The notes below the pieces were generated by a model that saw only the letters and a program-made list of their open reading frames with translations, was not told the origin of the DNA and searched no databases. Both the position numbers and the translations under genes were made by a program. DNA of 63,714 nucleotides, the filler included, from Octopus bimaculoides (Eukaryota), in NCBI RefSeq assembly GCF_001194135.2. It is 4 parts of 4 records of this genome, joined end to end, with 100 filler letters (N's around TTAATTAATTAA, not from the genome) between each part and the next. Parts side by side here need not be neighbours in the genome. Positions count along the whole stretch, not along the records: positions 1 to 27,531 come from NC_069007.1; 3 more parts are not named here. One strand, given 5' to 3'. Shown here one piece after another: positions 11,420 through 23,545 of this stretch (position 1 is the stretch's first letter; every line of letters begins with the position of its first letter).

Positions 11420-12359
11420 CTGAATAGGAGCACGGAATTACCCAACGAGTGACGATTACCATTCATATATGCATACATATATATAGATATATATATAGGT
11501 AAATGATAGGATTGCTTCAATATTTCAGGGGTAGTCTGAAGTATATAAGCAACCAGATATATANNNNNNNNNNNNNNNNNNNNNNNNNNNNNNNNNNNNN
11601 NNNNNNNNNNNNNNNNNNNNNNNNNNNNNNNNNNNNNNNNNNNNNNNNNNNNNNNNNNNNNNNNNNNNNNNNNNNNNNNNNNNNNNNNNNNNNNNNNNNN
11701 NNNNNNNNNNNNNNNNNNNNNNNNNNNNNNNNNNNNNNNNNNNNNNNNNNNNNNNNNNNNNNNNNNNNNNNNNNNNNNNNNNNNNNNNNNNNNNNNNNNN
11801 NNNNNNNNNNNNNNNNNNNNNNNNNNNNNNNNNNNNNNNNNNNNNNNNNNNNNNNNNNNNNNNNNNNNNNNNNNNNNNNNNNNNNNNNNNNNNNNNNNNN
11901 NNNNNNNNNNNNNNNNNNNNNNNNNNNNNNNNNNNNNNNNNNNNNNNNNNNNNNNNNNNNNNNNNNNNNNNNNNNNNNNNNNNNNNNNNNNNNNNNNNNN
12001 NNNNNNNNNNNNNNNNNNNNNNNNNNNNNNNNNNNNNNNNNNNNNNNNNNNNCATTGAACGTTTTTAGAAAATAAAAAAAAATTGACACGTGTTATTTTA
12101 TTTTTGTCTCGTTGTGGTAAATATTTTTTCTAACTGTATTTGCTTGACAAAAACATACATTTGTTTTTATATTAAGCAATTCATTATAATTACTTTTACG
12201 ATGTGCCTAAATAAAAACCATCGTTATAGATCAGCATTTCTCAACCTTTTTCGTGATTTGGCTTCCCTTGGACATTGAAAAAATTTATTTCGGCTCCCCT
12301 GTGTTGATGAAAAATTTAATCCAGCTTCCCATGTATCTGAGATAGACTGGCCGGCCCAT

Positions 12360-13027
12360 GACAAACCTGACAAAAGTGGGCCGCAGAACTACCAGCTCAC
12401 GAACTACATCTGAAAGTTGGCGCGCCAATCATGCTGCTAAAGAATTTAGATGTGCAATGGTACGCGGATGATTATCAAAAAATTGTGCTCCCGAGTTCTG
12501 TAGGCAACAATCTTGAATGAACCGGCCGGCCGCTGGCTAAGGCATACTTATAACTCCCATGTCCCTTACCCACTCCGATACGACCTACAAGTTTAAACAG
12601 ATGCAATTTCCCATCAAACTCTGCCTTCCCATGACAATCAACAAGGCGCAGGGATAATGAGTGCAAGCGGTCGGTTTGAATCTGACAGAGCAAGTATTCT
12701 CACACGCACAACTGTACGTTGGCTGTCCCCATGGTCTTTCTATTTGTGCACCCGAAGGAAGGACGAAGACTGTTGTCTACCAAGAGGCACTCCAATGATA
12801 ACAACGGCAACTTCAACTGCTCCAATTTCAACTCCGCAATTTTTTTCATCGTCCTGCCAGCCCACGTAAGTCCAATCTTGCTTTGCTCACCATGACATTC
12901 TTTTTTTTTTTTCTACCAAGCTCCGTCGCCCTAACACCAGTTCGTATCCACTTCTTCCTCTTTTTTATGTCTTCGTTTCTCTCTTCACGTCGTTCTCTGA
13001 CCGGGTGAAACTGGGCTTAGCTTCTAG
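12360..13027 (+). mobile_element. Helitron remnant (PIF1-type helicase C-terminus plus 3' end)
   Basis: Frameshifted LPAHELHLKVGAPIMLLKNLD, QFPIKLCLPMTINKAQG and VFSHAQLYV motifs; short GC hairpin followed by CTAG at 13024-13027. Confidence 0.85.
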
Positions 13028-13969
13028 TATATACATAAATTAATATATATATATATTAAAATATATATTAAAGGAAATAAAGAAATACAATTGACATATT
13101 ATGAATTTATTAACATTATAATATAATTATATTATAAAAAGATACACACATAACAAAAGGTAACAGAAAAGATTATTTTGTTTGAAATATTTATTTTTAG
13201 AAGCAAATTAATGTCATTTGATGCATTTAAACACAAAACCTAATAATTAGCCGGCATGATGCCTTGTGCAGTTTTTTGATTATTTAAACCATTGGGGTTT
13301 CATATTAATGAACAGTGTCCAGGCAGATAAAACAATGTAACAAGGTTTTTTTTATTTTTATTTTGGAGATGTTTGCGTATGCGCATACGCACATATATAT
13401 CCTTATATCTTAAGATGTAAAATTAATGAAGCAAATGTCATTTATCATAGACCGTCGGATGTTCCTAAACCAGTTGTTAAGTATCCCACCATAGATGCTA
13501 AATGGGTCGAAACAATTGTAGTGATTAATAAATGTTCTCGTATCTTCCATCTTTCTCATTAACCTATATATATATATACAGTCATACACACACACACACA
13601 CACATATATATATGTATGTATGTATGTATGCGTATATATCCTTATATCTTAAGACTTTATATAACCTTCATATATTTTTCATAATTTTTGTATGTTTTAT
13701 TAATATTTTGACAGTTTAAAATTTTTTTTTGTCATATATCCAACTATGTACAGTGAACCTAAAATTATAAAAGTATTATATTTTTTATATATTTTATATG
13801 GTTTATATTTTCGTGCCTTCATATTTTTCTATATTTTTTTTATATTTGTATTTGGTCATATTTTATTTTTATATTTTTTTATTTCTTTATATTAAAAAAA
13901 AAAATTATAGCATAAAAATCTGGTGGCAATTTGTAATTTTAAATTTTTTTTTCATAAAATTCGTTATGA

Positions 13970-14125
13970 GTGGCTGTTTGGTAAGTAGCTTGCTTACCAA
14001 CCACATGGTTTCGGGTTCAGTCCCACTGCGTGGCACCTTGAGCAAATGTCTTCTACTGTAGCCTCGGGCCAGCCAAAGCCTTGTGAGTGGATTTGGTAGA
14101 CGGAAACTGAAAGAAGCCCGTCGTG
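13970..14125 (+). mobile_element. tRNA-derived SINE (representative of a family with many copies in the window)
   Basis: gtggctgtttggtaagtagcttgcttaccaaccacatggtttcgggttcagtcc head; related copies lie near 6060-6180, 35460-35520 and 51690-51850. Confidence 0.8.
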
Positions 14126-15287
14126 TGTGTGTGTGTGTTTGTCTGTGTTTGTCCCCTATCAGGTTTTATTAGCGTCTTGCCCCTTTAACTGGTAATTAAC
14201 ATCTTGATTCGGAGTCCTCCCCTACCTAGCCTCCTTTATAGACAATTACTTAGACATTTCCTAAAATCCTGACAATATTTATGACCATACCCAACTATAA
14301 TCTGTCAACTCAATCCTGCCATCCATTCTAAATAGACACTGTGCTCTAGCCTTAGATTTGGTAGTTGATAAAAAAGACTAATAAATTAAAAATGGACCAC
14401 AATCCTTTACAAGCTATGACTCTAACAATCTTCATACAGTTCTTAGAAGTGTAGTATATTCTTAACTACATTAGTAGAAACATGGACTCTTTCCCTCTTC
14501 TTGCTCTATTAAAGAATTTGAGTAAAATTATATTAAAGTGTCCAACTGATTAAAAATTCTATTTATTTATGCAACTGAGGATAGTCATGCATTTAAATTG
14601 ATGTGATAATTGCATTGTTAAATTAAATGGAGCCGCTTGAAACGGTCGTACTGCATCACCTCTTGATATCCTGTTTCTTATTTTGATTTTAGTCACCTCA
14701 CTTAGAGTTGTACGGATAATACTGCACTGACTTGGTGCTTCAACTTAATTACCTAATTCAACTGAATCTCAATTATTTCTATACGCACGCACACATATAC
14801 ATATATATGTAAGTATGTATGTATGTATATGTGTGTGTATAACTTTATATATNNNNNNNNNNNNNNNNNNNNNNNNNNNNNNNNNNNNNNNNNNNNNNNN
14901 NNNNNNNNNNNNNNNNNNNNNNNNNNNNNNNNNNNNNNNNNNNNNNNNNNNNNNNNNNNNNNNNNNNNNNNNNNNNNNNNNNNNNNNNNNNNNNNNNNNN
15001 NNNNNNNNNNNNNNNNNNNNNNNNNNNNNNNNNNNNNNNNNNNNNNNNNNNNNNNNNNNNNNNNNNNNNNNNNNNNNNNNNNNNNNNNNNNNNNNNNNNN
15101 NNNNNNNNNNNNNNNNNTATATATATATATATATATGGGTGAATGTGTTTGTGTGAGTCTATAAGAGTTCATTGGTATTGGTAACATTTATAGCTGCTCA
15201 CTGTTTCTGATCAAGCCATTTGCCAAACAAGTAAGAGTCCAGCATAAATCCATGCATTTATGGGAAGCTGTTTAGTGATTGTCATAC

Positions 15288-15317
15288 CAGATGCTGTTGA
15301 TGTACACGTCCTGGACG
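15288..15317 (-). CDS. Repeat-domain gene, 30-nt linker exon d: (T)SRTCTSTAS
   Basis: Strong ttttatatttttcag acceptor, G|gtatga donor; phases 1/1 keep the frame after exon c4. Confidence 0.7.
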
Positions 15318-16006
15318 CTGAAAAATATAAAAGATGGAAATACGTTTATTATATTCATATGTGTAGGCGTGTGCGTGTATGCATATATATATGAAATTAT
15401 AAGTGACAGAAGCAGTATTGATACCGAAAAGCAAGCTTTATATCCAACTCAACGTGGATTGTTAGGTTAGAATACTGAATATGCCAGTACTCACCTTGAG
15501 AGAACCTCTCCTGTGAATTTATATATATATATGTATATTCTTTTATTCTTTTATTCTTGACCCTGTGGAGTGCTCAGCCACTTGCACGTTAATTTCACGA
15601 GCAGGCTGTTCCGTTGATCGGATCAACTGGAACACGCCTCGTCGTAAGCGACGGAGTGCCAACAACAACAGTCACTGAGAGTGAGATTACCCACAAAGAC
15701 AAGCGCAGGATCGTATCCCTGTCGGTACCTGTTGGTGGGTGAATCTCCACTACGAACCGACTTCTACGTTCTGTGCATCTCATGAACACGTGAAATACTC
15801 AAATGGAAGAATCAACAAGGATCACTAAATGGAGATGTTAAGTTATTTAGCTGACTAGGGACATCTCCTGAATGTTTCTAACAGAATGGATTCCAGTAAA
15901 GATACACAAGAGCCATTGATGGATCGTATACAGTAAGACCACCAACCAAAGAGAAACCACTTAGAAAAGAGGTTAAATTTAGAGATTAAAAGTTTGTATT
16001 ACTTAC

Positions 16007-16090
16007 TTTCAGAAGATTTAGCCTTAGATTCTGCAGGAGTACACTGCCTTTCATCTTGTTTACGATGGCAAACCACTTCAAGTTTGGAAT
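16007..16090 (-). CDS. Repeat-domain gene, exon c4: DSKLEVVCHRKQDERQCTPAESKAKSSE
   Basis: cttttgtacag acceptor, A|gtaagt donor, 84 nt, paralog of c2. Confidence 0.85.
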
Positions 16091-16229
16091 CTGTACAAAA
16101 GAAAGACAGGAAAATGGTAAAAAAAATATATTGACAGACAGACAGATATGGATGCGAAACCATTGGTCACCCTATGATCGGACATACATTTAACTGCATG
16201 GAAATATATATAAACTATATGTGCAGACT

Positions 16230-16825
16230 CTATGATATCCACTCTGCTGTACGGATGTGAAACCTGAACTGTTTACCGTGAGGACATGAAGAAACTAGAG
16301 CGCTTCCATCAATCCAAACTTTGTTCTATCCTGAACATCAACTGGGAAGATCGCATCACCGATAACTCTGTGCTTGAAAGATCAGGTCTCCTGAGCATCG
16401 AAGCCCTGATCATTGAACACCGCCTTCCCAAGATCTGTTTCTACGGTGAACTGTCTGAAGGAAAACGTCCTCGTGGGGCCCCCTTGAGGCGGCACAAAGA
16501 CTAACTCAAATCAACCTTGAAAAGCACCAACATCGACCCCGCACACTGGGAGGATATCTCGACAAACAGACCCTTCTGGAGACACACCATCAAAACGGAT
16601 TCAGCGGACTTCGAGAAAGCCCGAGTCGCAAGAGTCTAACTCAAGAGACGGGAGAGAAAGCAACGCCTTCTCCTTCCCAAACCAGCCCCTTCTATCCCTT
16701 GTCCACAATGTCCCCGTATGTTTCATACAACCTTTGGATTGCGGAGCCATCTGCGATTCAAACACCCAGGAAAATGAACTGGATTGCAAGCTCGGAAACA
16801 CGAGACGCAGCCAACAACAACAAGC
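16230..16825 (+). mobile_element. 5'-truncated RTE (BovB-like) LINE, 3' end
   Basis: KKLERFHQSKL..ILNINWED.ITD, YGELSEGKRPRG, C-terminal CPQC...H...H zinc knuckle and a (CAA)n tail. Confidence 0.85.
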
Positions 16826-16902
16826 AGACTCTATATACATATGTATGTATACACTTAATGCCTACAAGATATAGAATAACATTTGAAAGGGAAACTGCTT
16901 AC

Positions 16903-17137
16903 CTTTTGGATTGATGATGACTGTATGGGAGGGATTGTCACAATCCGATAAGTCAAGGCCTTGTTGTCTCTTAGATAAGATGGTCAGTGCAAGATTATCA
17001 GTTTTTGATTCTCTGTAAGCAATTATTTTACCTGGAGATCCATGAGTTGCAGAAGTTTTGTAGTCATGGTGATCTTCATTAGGATAAAGGTTGTTAAAGG
17101 CACCGTACACGGTGACATCGGCACAATTGGCACTCAC
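16903..17137 (-). CDS. Repeat-domain gene, exon b4: VSANCADVTVYGAFNNLYPNEDHHDYKTSATHGSPG...CDNPSHTVIINPK
   Basis: accag acceptor, G|gtaagc donor, 235 nt like all four b exons. Confidence 0.9.
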
Positions 17138-17775
17138 CTGGTCAGAACAGCAAAGATAAAAGTTACACAGTCTCGTCGAACATTGGACAAAAATAACTTC
17201 CCACAAATAGACAGTCTGGCCCGGACAATATCCCTTTTTTCACTTTTAAACATTATACCCCAATGCTACCCGTTGACTTTACTGAATTTCCAAATTTTTC
17301 TCTCTCAACAGGAATCAATCCTGATTTCTGGGAATGTCATCTCTTCAGTCTCACTAATTATGAGGCTATTTCCCACGATCTAAACAACTCAAACGCGATG
17401 TGGAGGCAATCATTAACACTTCATCTTCTTCAGAATCTTAAAAATCTTTTTCCCTCTACATGGGTTACTAATATAACTTCCATAATAAGGTTCACCTGTA
17501 TCTCGTCTCCTCCGAAGTTTACCAACCCGCCAATCTCTCCTCTTCTCATCGCCCATTCTGGATCTCATCCTTACAGTTTCCCTATTGACCCTATATACTC
17601 GAACCCTTTATCTAAAACGGGCACAGACAGTATCCCAGATGTATGAAGCTGATTAGTTTCGGTGAGGCGTCAAGGTCCGTTGGCGTTGACTCCACACTTA
17701 TCAGCACATGTAACGAATCACGTGACCATAAAATAGAAAAGAAATGTAGCTGATGTCGAGGAAGGATCATCTTAC

Positions 17776-17897
17776 CAGAATCGTACTTCCGGAGGAATGC
17801 GTACTGTTGCTAATTTCCAAAACTTGTTCTTGTATCTCATCATTCTTGAGGATTCTGTTATTATACATGAGACTGATTTCACCAACAACGGGTGTCG
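17776..17897 (-). CDS. Repeat-domain gene, exon a4: (T)TPVVGEISLMYNNRILKNDEIQEQVLEISNSTHSSGSTIL
   Basis: tttgcag acceptor, CTG|gtaaga donor, 122 nt, paralog of a2. Confidence 0.88.
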
Positions 17898-18122
17898 CTG
17901 CAAACAGAAAACCTTGTTTATAATGGAGGCGCAAATAATATAAACACATACACAAACACACACACTTCATAGCACTGACACAAAGAATTTTTTTTTTTTT
18001 TTTGCACAGCCAAAGGTCTCCAGACATAGGTTGTGGACTTGTGACCCTCTGGATTACGAGTACCAATAACAATCCTGAAGGTGAAAGTGATGTTTGTGGG
18101 CTAAAATCTTGTAAGTACTTAC

Positions 18123-18206
18123 TGTCGTAACATGCAGAGTCGAGTTGCTTCGCAGTACATGAGCTGTTGACCTGTTTTACAAGGCAAGCCGCTTCAAGTT
18201 CGGGTT
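18123..18206 (-). CDS. Repeat-domain gene, exon c3: EPELEAACLVKQVNSSCTAKQLDSACYD
   Basis: ttttcacag acceptor, A|gtaagt donor, 84 nt. Confidence 0.88.
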
Positions 18207-19313
18207 CTGTGAAAAAGACAGATGTTAGAACAGGAATAGACAGAGCTTCCATTGGTAGTGAGCACATCTAAACATGTATTTTGCTATATATATATATGGA
18301 AAAAAGACAAAGTAGAAAATGCTAAAACACTTTTATAAATAACATTAGAGAACCGGTTTCGATCCTTGAGATCTTTTCAACAGTAAAGATCTCAAAATTG
18401 TTTAATTCAATTTCCATTAATCTTAAGAGGTGTTAATACGTCTATTGTCCAAGTGTGACAAATGTTGTCCGCTCTAACTGATTGGAATCTATTTAGTGGT
18501 CTGTTCCTGTAGGCCCGGCTCGCTTTATTTTCAAGTTGAACATACAGACATTTGACTTTGTTGTATTCATGTTGAGTGACTTTAACCCTTTAGCATTCAG
18601 ATTGTTCTNNNNNNNNNNNNNNNNNNNNNNNNNNNNNNNNNNNNNNNNNNNNNNNNNNNNNNNNNNNNNNNNNNNNNNNNNNNNNNNNNNNNNNNNNNNN
18701 NNNNNNNNNNNNNNNNNNNNNNNNNNNNNNNNNNNNNNNNNNNNNNNNNNNNNNNNNNNNNNNNNNNNNNNNNNNNNNNNNNNNNNNNNNNNNNNNNNNN
18801 NNNNNNNNNNNNNNNNNNNNNNNNNNNNNNNNNNNNNNNNNNNNNNNNNNNNNNNNNNNNNNNNNNNNNNNNNNNNNNNNNNNNNNNNNNNNNNNNNNNN
18901 NNNNNNNNNNNNNNNNNNNNNNNNNNNNNNNNNNNNNNNNNNNNNNNNNNNNNNNNNNNNNNNNNNNNNNNNNNNNNNNNNNNNNNNNNNNNNNNNNNNN
19001 NNNNNNNNNNNNNNNNNNNNNNNNNNNNNNNNNNNNNNNNNNNNNNNNNNNNNNNNNNNNNNNNNNNNNNNNNNNNNNNNNNNNNNNNNNNNNNNNNNNN
19101 NNNNNNNNNNNNNNNNNNNNNNNNNNNNNNNNNNNNNNNNNNNNNNNNNNNNNNNNNNNNCGGAGCCTCGTGGAGCTTTAGGTGTTTTCGCTCAATAAAC
19201 ACTCACAACGTCCGGTCTGGGAATCGAAACCGCGATCCACTGGGCCATTGCGCCTCTACTTTAAAGATATAAAGATTATAAAACAATGTTTAAAAGAAAA
19301 CGAAGTAGCTTAC

Positions 19314-19548
19314 CCGTTGGGTTGATGCTGATGTCATAGGAAGGATTGTCACAGGCTGAGGAATTAAGATCAAATCGCTTCTTGGAAAGAACAGTTAAGA
19401 CAAACATTTCGACTTCTGATTCTTGCACAAAAAACAGTTCTCCCGGCTGATGGTCAGTTGCCACTGTCTTGTCGTCGTAATCGGCTTCATTGGGATAACT
19501 GTTGTTAAATGAAGCGTACACAGTGACCACACCACACTGGACATTCAC
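19314..19548 (-). CDS. Repeat-domain gene, exon b3: VNVQCGVVTVYASFNNSYPNEADYDDKTVATDHQPG...CDNPSYDISINPT
   Basis: ttctccag acceptor, G|gtaagc donor, 235 nt. Confidence 0.9.
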
Positions 19549-20318
19549 CTGGAGAAAACAACAATAGATGTAACATACAGAGTGACCGTACCAAATTGGA
19601 TACTCACCTGGAGGAAAACATAAGGGGTATAACCTGAACAGGATAAACTACCCCTATTTTACAGAGAAAAGTGTAGGTGGCTACACTTTTCTCTGCAAAA
19701 TACGGGAAGTTTATCCTGTTCAGGCTATATTATTAGCATTATTCTGCGACTGAGAATTTAAAAAATCACTTTAACTTTCTAAGACATCTCAACGCCTCTA
19801 AAAGCAAACTTCGTTTGTTTATTTACGTTTGTCGTAATTTGAATTTAACATAGGGGGTATAACATATACGGTATCCCTGACTTCATTAGACTGATTCATT
19901 TAGAAAAGGATTCCAAACTTTGTTCCATAAACCCACTGTCTCCTATTGCTGCTTCTACCGTTACTACAACATCGTCTTCTCGGAATTAGTTTCCTGCATA
20001 CCAGCAACTCAAAGGCAAACATGACACATCCACCTTTGCTCTCCTCATCACACATCCTGTGTCTTAACCTCACTCTTCCTGTACTAACCACTATTCCCAA
20101 TCCTTTCTCCCCATCCAATGTCAACCCCTTCTTTAGAATTCCCTCCATTGCCCACATTTATCTTGTAGTCATAAATGTCCCAAAATCAATAATAAGAATG
20201 TGACCAACAAGTCCTGGAAGGACTGAGAGGTTTATGGGTGCTGTCCCTGCTTTCTCACTCATCCATAAAAATAGAAAAATGCAATTCAGTATATATTGTT
20301 CTAAAATATTCGTCTTAC

Positions 20319-20443
20319 CATAACTGTTGTTCCTAAGGTGGACTTTGTCGTGTTGGTGATCTGCAGGACTTCTTGTTTTGTTTCTTTAGTTTTTGGAATG
20401 GCGATATTGCGTAACTGAGTGTGTTTTTGAACAACTGCCGGAG
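20319..20443 (-). CDS. Repeat-domain gene, exon a3: (T)PAVVQKHTQLRNIAIPKTKETKQEVLQITNTTKSTLGTTVM
   Basis: tatttccag acceptor, ATG|gtaaga donor, 125 nt. Confidence 0.88.
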
Positions 20444-21639
20444 CTGGAAATAGAAAGTGACATTTAAGAAGGCACAGCATGGCAGCCATACATCCAGGCA
20501 TCTGTGCTTGTGTTTGCATACGTGTGTGTGTGTGTTTGTGTGTGCGTGTGTGTGTCTACGAGAGATTATTAGCAGTATCTATAACGATATACAATATAGA
20601 GATTTGCTCATTCTCAAAATTTCTTTCCTTTTATTTTACGATTTCACACAGCATATTTTGAAGGTTATTACGACCTACATTTGTTTCCACTGCACAGAGT
20701 ATGGGCAGTTCCACAGGCAACACATAATTTTATGTGCAGCTTCTTTCAAGGTCGTTCCACCAGCTAGTCTCGAAGCGAACTGAATACAGTTAGTTGTTTG
20801 TTGGTTAGGGTACAGGAGGCAGCATACATTTATATATTATTTATATTATTATATGATCGATGTAAGTTTTATCTATCTACCTATATATATATTATAATAT
20901 TAGGGACAAAATCCAAAATTACAGGTAAAAACTCAATTAAAATCAATTTATAAAAAATTAAAATTAAATTGAGCTTTATAGATTAAAATATATATAAAAA
21001 ATATATATATATATATATATATAAAATATTATTATAAAATCTGGTAATTAGTCATATATTAATTAATATCGTTAATTATCAGGAGGCCAGCACATCTGAA
21101 GAATCAAAGAGATTCAGAAACATTATCTGCAGTCTCAGGGGATTAAGGTACATTTTAAAAAAATAACGTCGACCACTAACGTGGACAATTAATGCGCTAT
21201 ATACTGAGATAAGCTACACTTAAACGGACATTTGGCTGCTATGTCCTGTAAATGAGGCGACATCATTGAAGCCTCCTTTGTTGGTTTCTATTGTTAATTT
21301 AGTCACTAAGAGTGGGGTTGCCCACAAATAAAAGCACAGGATCGTATCCCTGTCGGTACCTGGTGGTGGATTTGTCTCCACTAAAGACCCATTTCTGTCT
21401 TCTGTGTATTATAAACACTGGAAATACTTGACAGGAATCAACATAGATTGGAGACATCACTTGAATGTTGCTAACATCATGGATTCTAGTAAAGACACGC
21501 AAAAGCGTGTGGCGGGTTAAAAGTGGGTAACTGAAAAGATCTAACATTAATGGATTGTGTGTAGCGAGAAAAGAAACCAAAGTAGAACCACTCAAAAAGA
21601 GGTGAAATTATTTAGAGATTAAAAGTTTGTATTACTTAC

Positions 21640-21723
21640 TTGTAGAACATTTAGACTCAGATTCACCAGGAGTACAATGTCTTTCATCTTGTTTTCGATG
21701 GCAAACCACTTCAAGCGTGGAAT
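21640..21723 (-). CDS. Repeat-domain gene, exon c2: DSTLEVVCHRKQDERHCTPGESESKCST
   Basis: tttcgcacag acceptor, A|gtaagt donor, 84 nt. Confidence 0.88.
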
Positions 21724-22809
21724 CTGTGCGAAAGAGAAAATGGTAGATAGATTGATAGAAAAACAGGCAGGCAGACACACAGACCGACAGGCTGGCAGGC
21801 AGGTAAGCAGGCAGTTAGGTAGGTAAGTATGTAGATGGGTAGATAGATAGACAGACAGATAGACAGACAGATAGACAGACAAACAGACAGGCAGGCAGTC
21901 AGGCCGGCAGATAGGAAGGTACGTAGGACATAGGCAGACGGATCGACAGACAGACAGATAGATAGATACATTTCTTTTATTAACCACACAGGGCTCAACA
22001 AAGATGGGTCGAATACAATGTAGAGCTTTTCTTTTTGGGAGGGGGAAAGGGAAAAAAAGTAATTGCGGGGTGTCGATCAAAAGGGATCGTAGGAAGGAAA
22101 AAAGGGAGTTCGATCAAAAGGGATCGGAAAAAAATAAAATAAAATAAAATGAAATAAAAGCGATCAATAGGGATCGTGTATCACAGTAATGTTCTCGTGT
22201 AAAAAGAGGGGAGGACAGTTTAAGCTTAGCCGTGGAAAGAAAAGCCTACGGAAAAGACCACGGTAACCTTGGTAGATAGATAGATAGATAGATAGATAAA
22301 TAGGTAGATAGATAGATATGTAGATAGATAGGTAGATAGATAGATAAATAGGTAGATAGATAGATAGAAGCCGGACAGTAAGACTCACTGACGGTGCACC
22401 TCTGTGGTATCCTAAAGTAAGGGTTTTATTGCTGAGACGATGCTTGAAACGGTCGCCTGTAGAACTGGTGTATTTCTGTGTCTGCTTCCTTATGATGGTG
22501 ATGTTACAGCTGCTGTTGCTATCATTATCGCTGCCGATGTTGTTGTCACTGATGAACACATTGCTTGAGGCACTGTTGCTACTGCCACTGGTGCGACTGG
22601 TGCCGCAGTCACCGCCAACAATACCCATGTTTCTGCCGCATTTGTTTCAGTCACTGGAGGTGTAATTGCCGTCACAGCTACCATTGCTGTCGATGCTGTT
22701 GTCATCGGTGGATGCATTGCTGGCGCAGTTGTTCTTATTGATGCCAACTCCGCTGCTGTCGGCGTCAGTGCCGGTCACCACCCCAACCGCTTCTACTCTA
22801 CCTTTGTTG

Positions 22810-23188
22810 TTGGCACTCCGTCGCTTACGACGTCGAGGGTTCCAGTCGATCCGATCAACGGAACAGCCTGCTCGTGAAATTAACGTGCAAGTGGCTGAGC
22901 ACTCCACAGACACGTGTACCCTTAACGTAGTTCTCGGGGATATTCAGTGTGACACAGCGTGACAAGGCTGACCCTTTGAATTACAGGCACAACAGAAACA
23001 GGAAGAAAGAGTGAGAGAAAGTTGTGGTGAAAGTACAGCAGGGTTCGCCACCGTCCCCTGCCGGAGCTTCGTGGAGCTTTAGGTTGTTTTCGCTCAATAA
23101 ACACTCACAACGCCCGGTCTGGGAATCGAAACCATGATCCTATGACCGCGAATCCGCTGCCCTAACCTCTGGGCCATTGCGCCTCCAC
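22810..23188 (-). mobile_element. Full-length tRNA-derived SINE with an RTE-like 3' tail
   Basis: Head ggaggcgcaatggcccag..., internal B-box-like ggtttcgattcc, tail ...gacggagtgccaacaac. A near-identical copy lies at 26048-26428. Confidence 0.85.
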
Positions 23189-23249
23189 GTTAAGTCTTAT
23201 ATGACTACAAGATATAGAATAACATTTGAAAGGGAAACCATTTGCTTAC

Positions 23250-23484
23250 CTTTGGGTTTGATGCTGACTGCATAGGAGGGATGGTCACAAGCTGGAGAGT
23301 TGAGGCCTCGTTGTTTCTTAGATAAGATTGTCAATGTAAGGTTATCAATATGTGATCCTCTCTTGACAGTTATTTTACCTGGAGATCCATGTGTTGCATA
23401 AGTTTTGTAGACATGGTCTTCTTCAATAGGATAACGGTTGTTATAGGCACCGTACACGGTGACCTCGGCACACCGGGAACTCAC
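23250..23484 (-). CDS. Repeat-domain gene, exon b2: VSSRCAEVTVYGAYNNRYPIEEDHVYKTYATHGSPG...CDHPSYAVSIKPK
   Basis: ttgactag acceptor, G|gtaagc donor, 235 nt. Confidence 0.9.
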
Positions 23485-23545
23485 CTAGTCAAAACAGCAA
23501 ATATATATGTTACATGGTCACCTCGGACACTGGACAAAGATATCA

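Noticed and set aside
14745-14752. Alternative terminal exon (G-N-stop) for the repeat-domain gene
   Set aside because: The acceptor is weak; the 11304-11419 exon has a better acceptor and a longer open frame.
15495-15510. Possible 16-nt minus-strand microexon with a perfect AAG|gtgagt donor
   Set aside because: There is no pyrimidine tract, and inclusion would break the frame between c4 and d.
22380-22810. Overlapping S/T/A/L-rich ORFs on both strands
   Set aside because: They arise from degenerate trinucleotide low-complexity intron sequence and have no splice sites that fit the gene.
23100-23188. tRNA-like cloverleaf segments
   Set aside because: They are SINE heads continuing into SINE bodies, with no complete acceptor stem.
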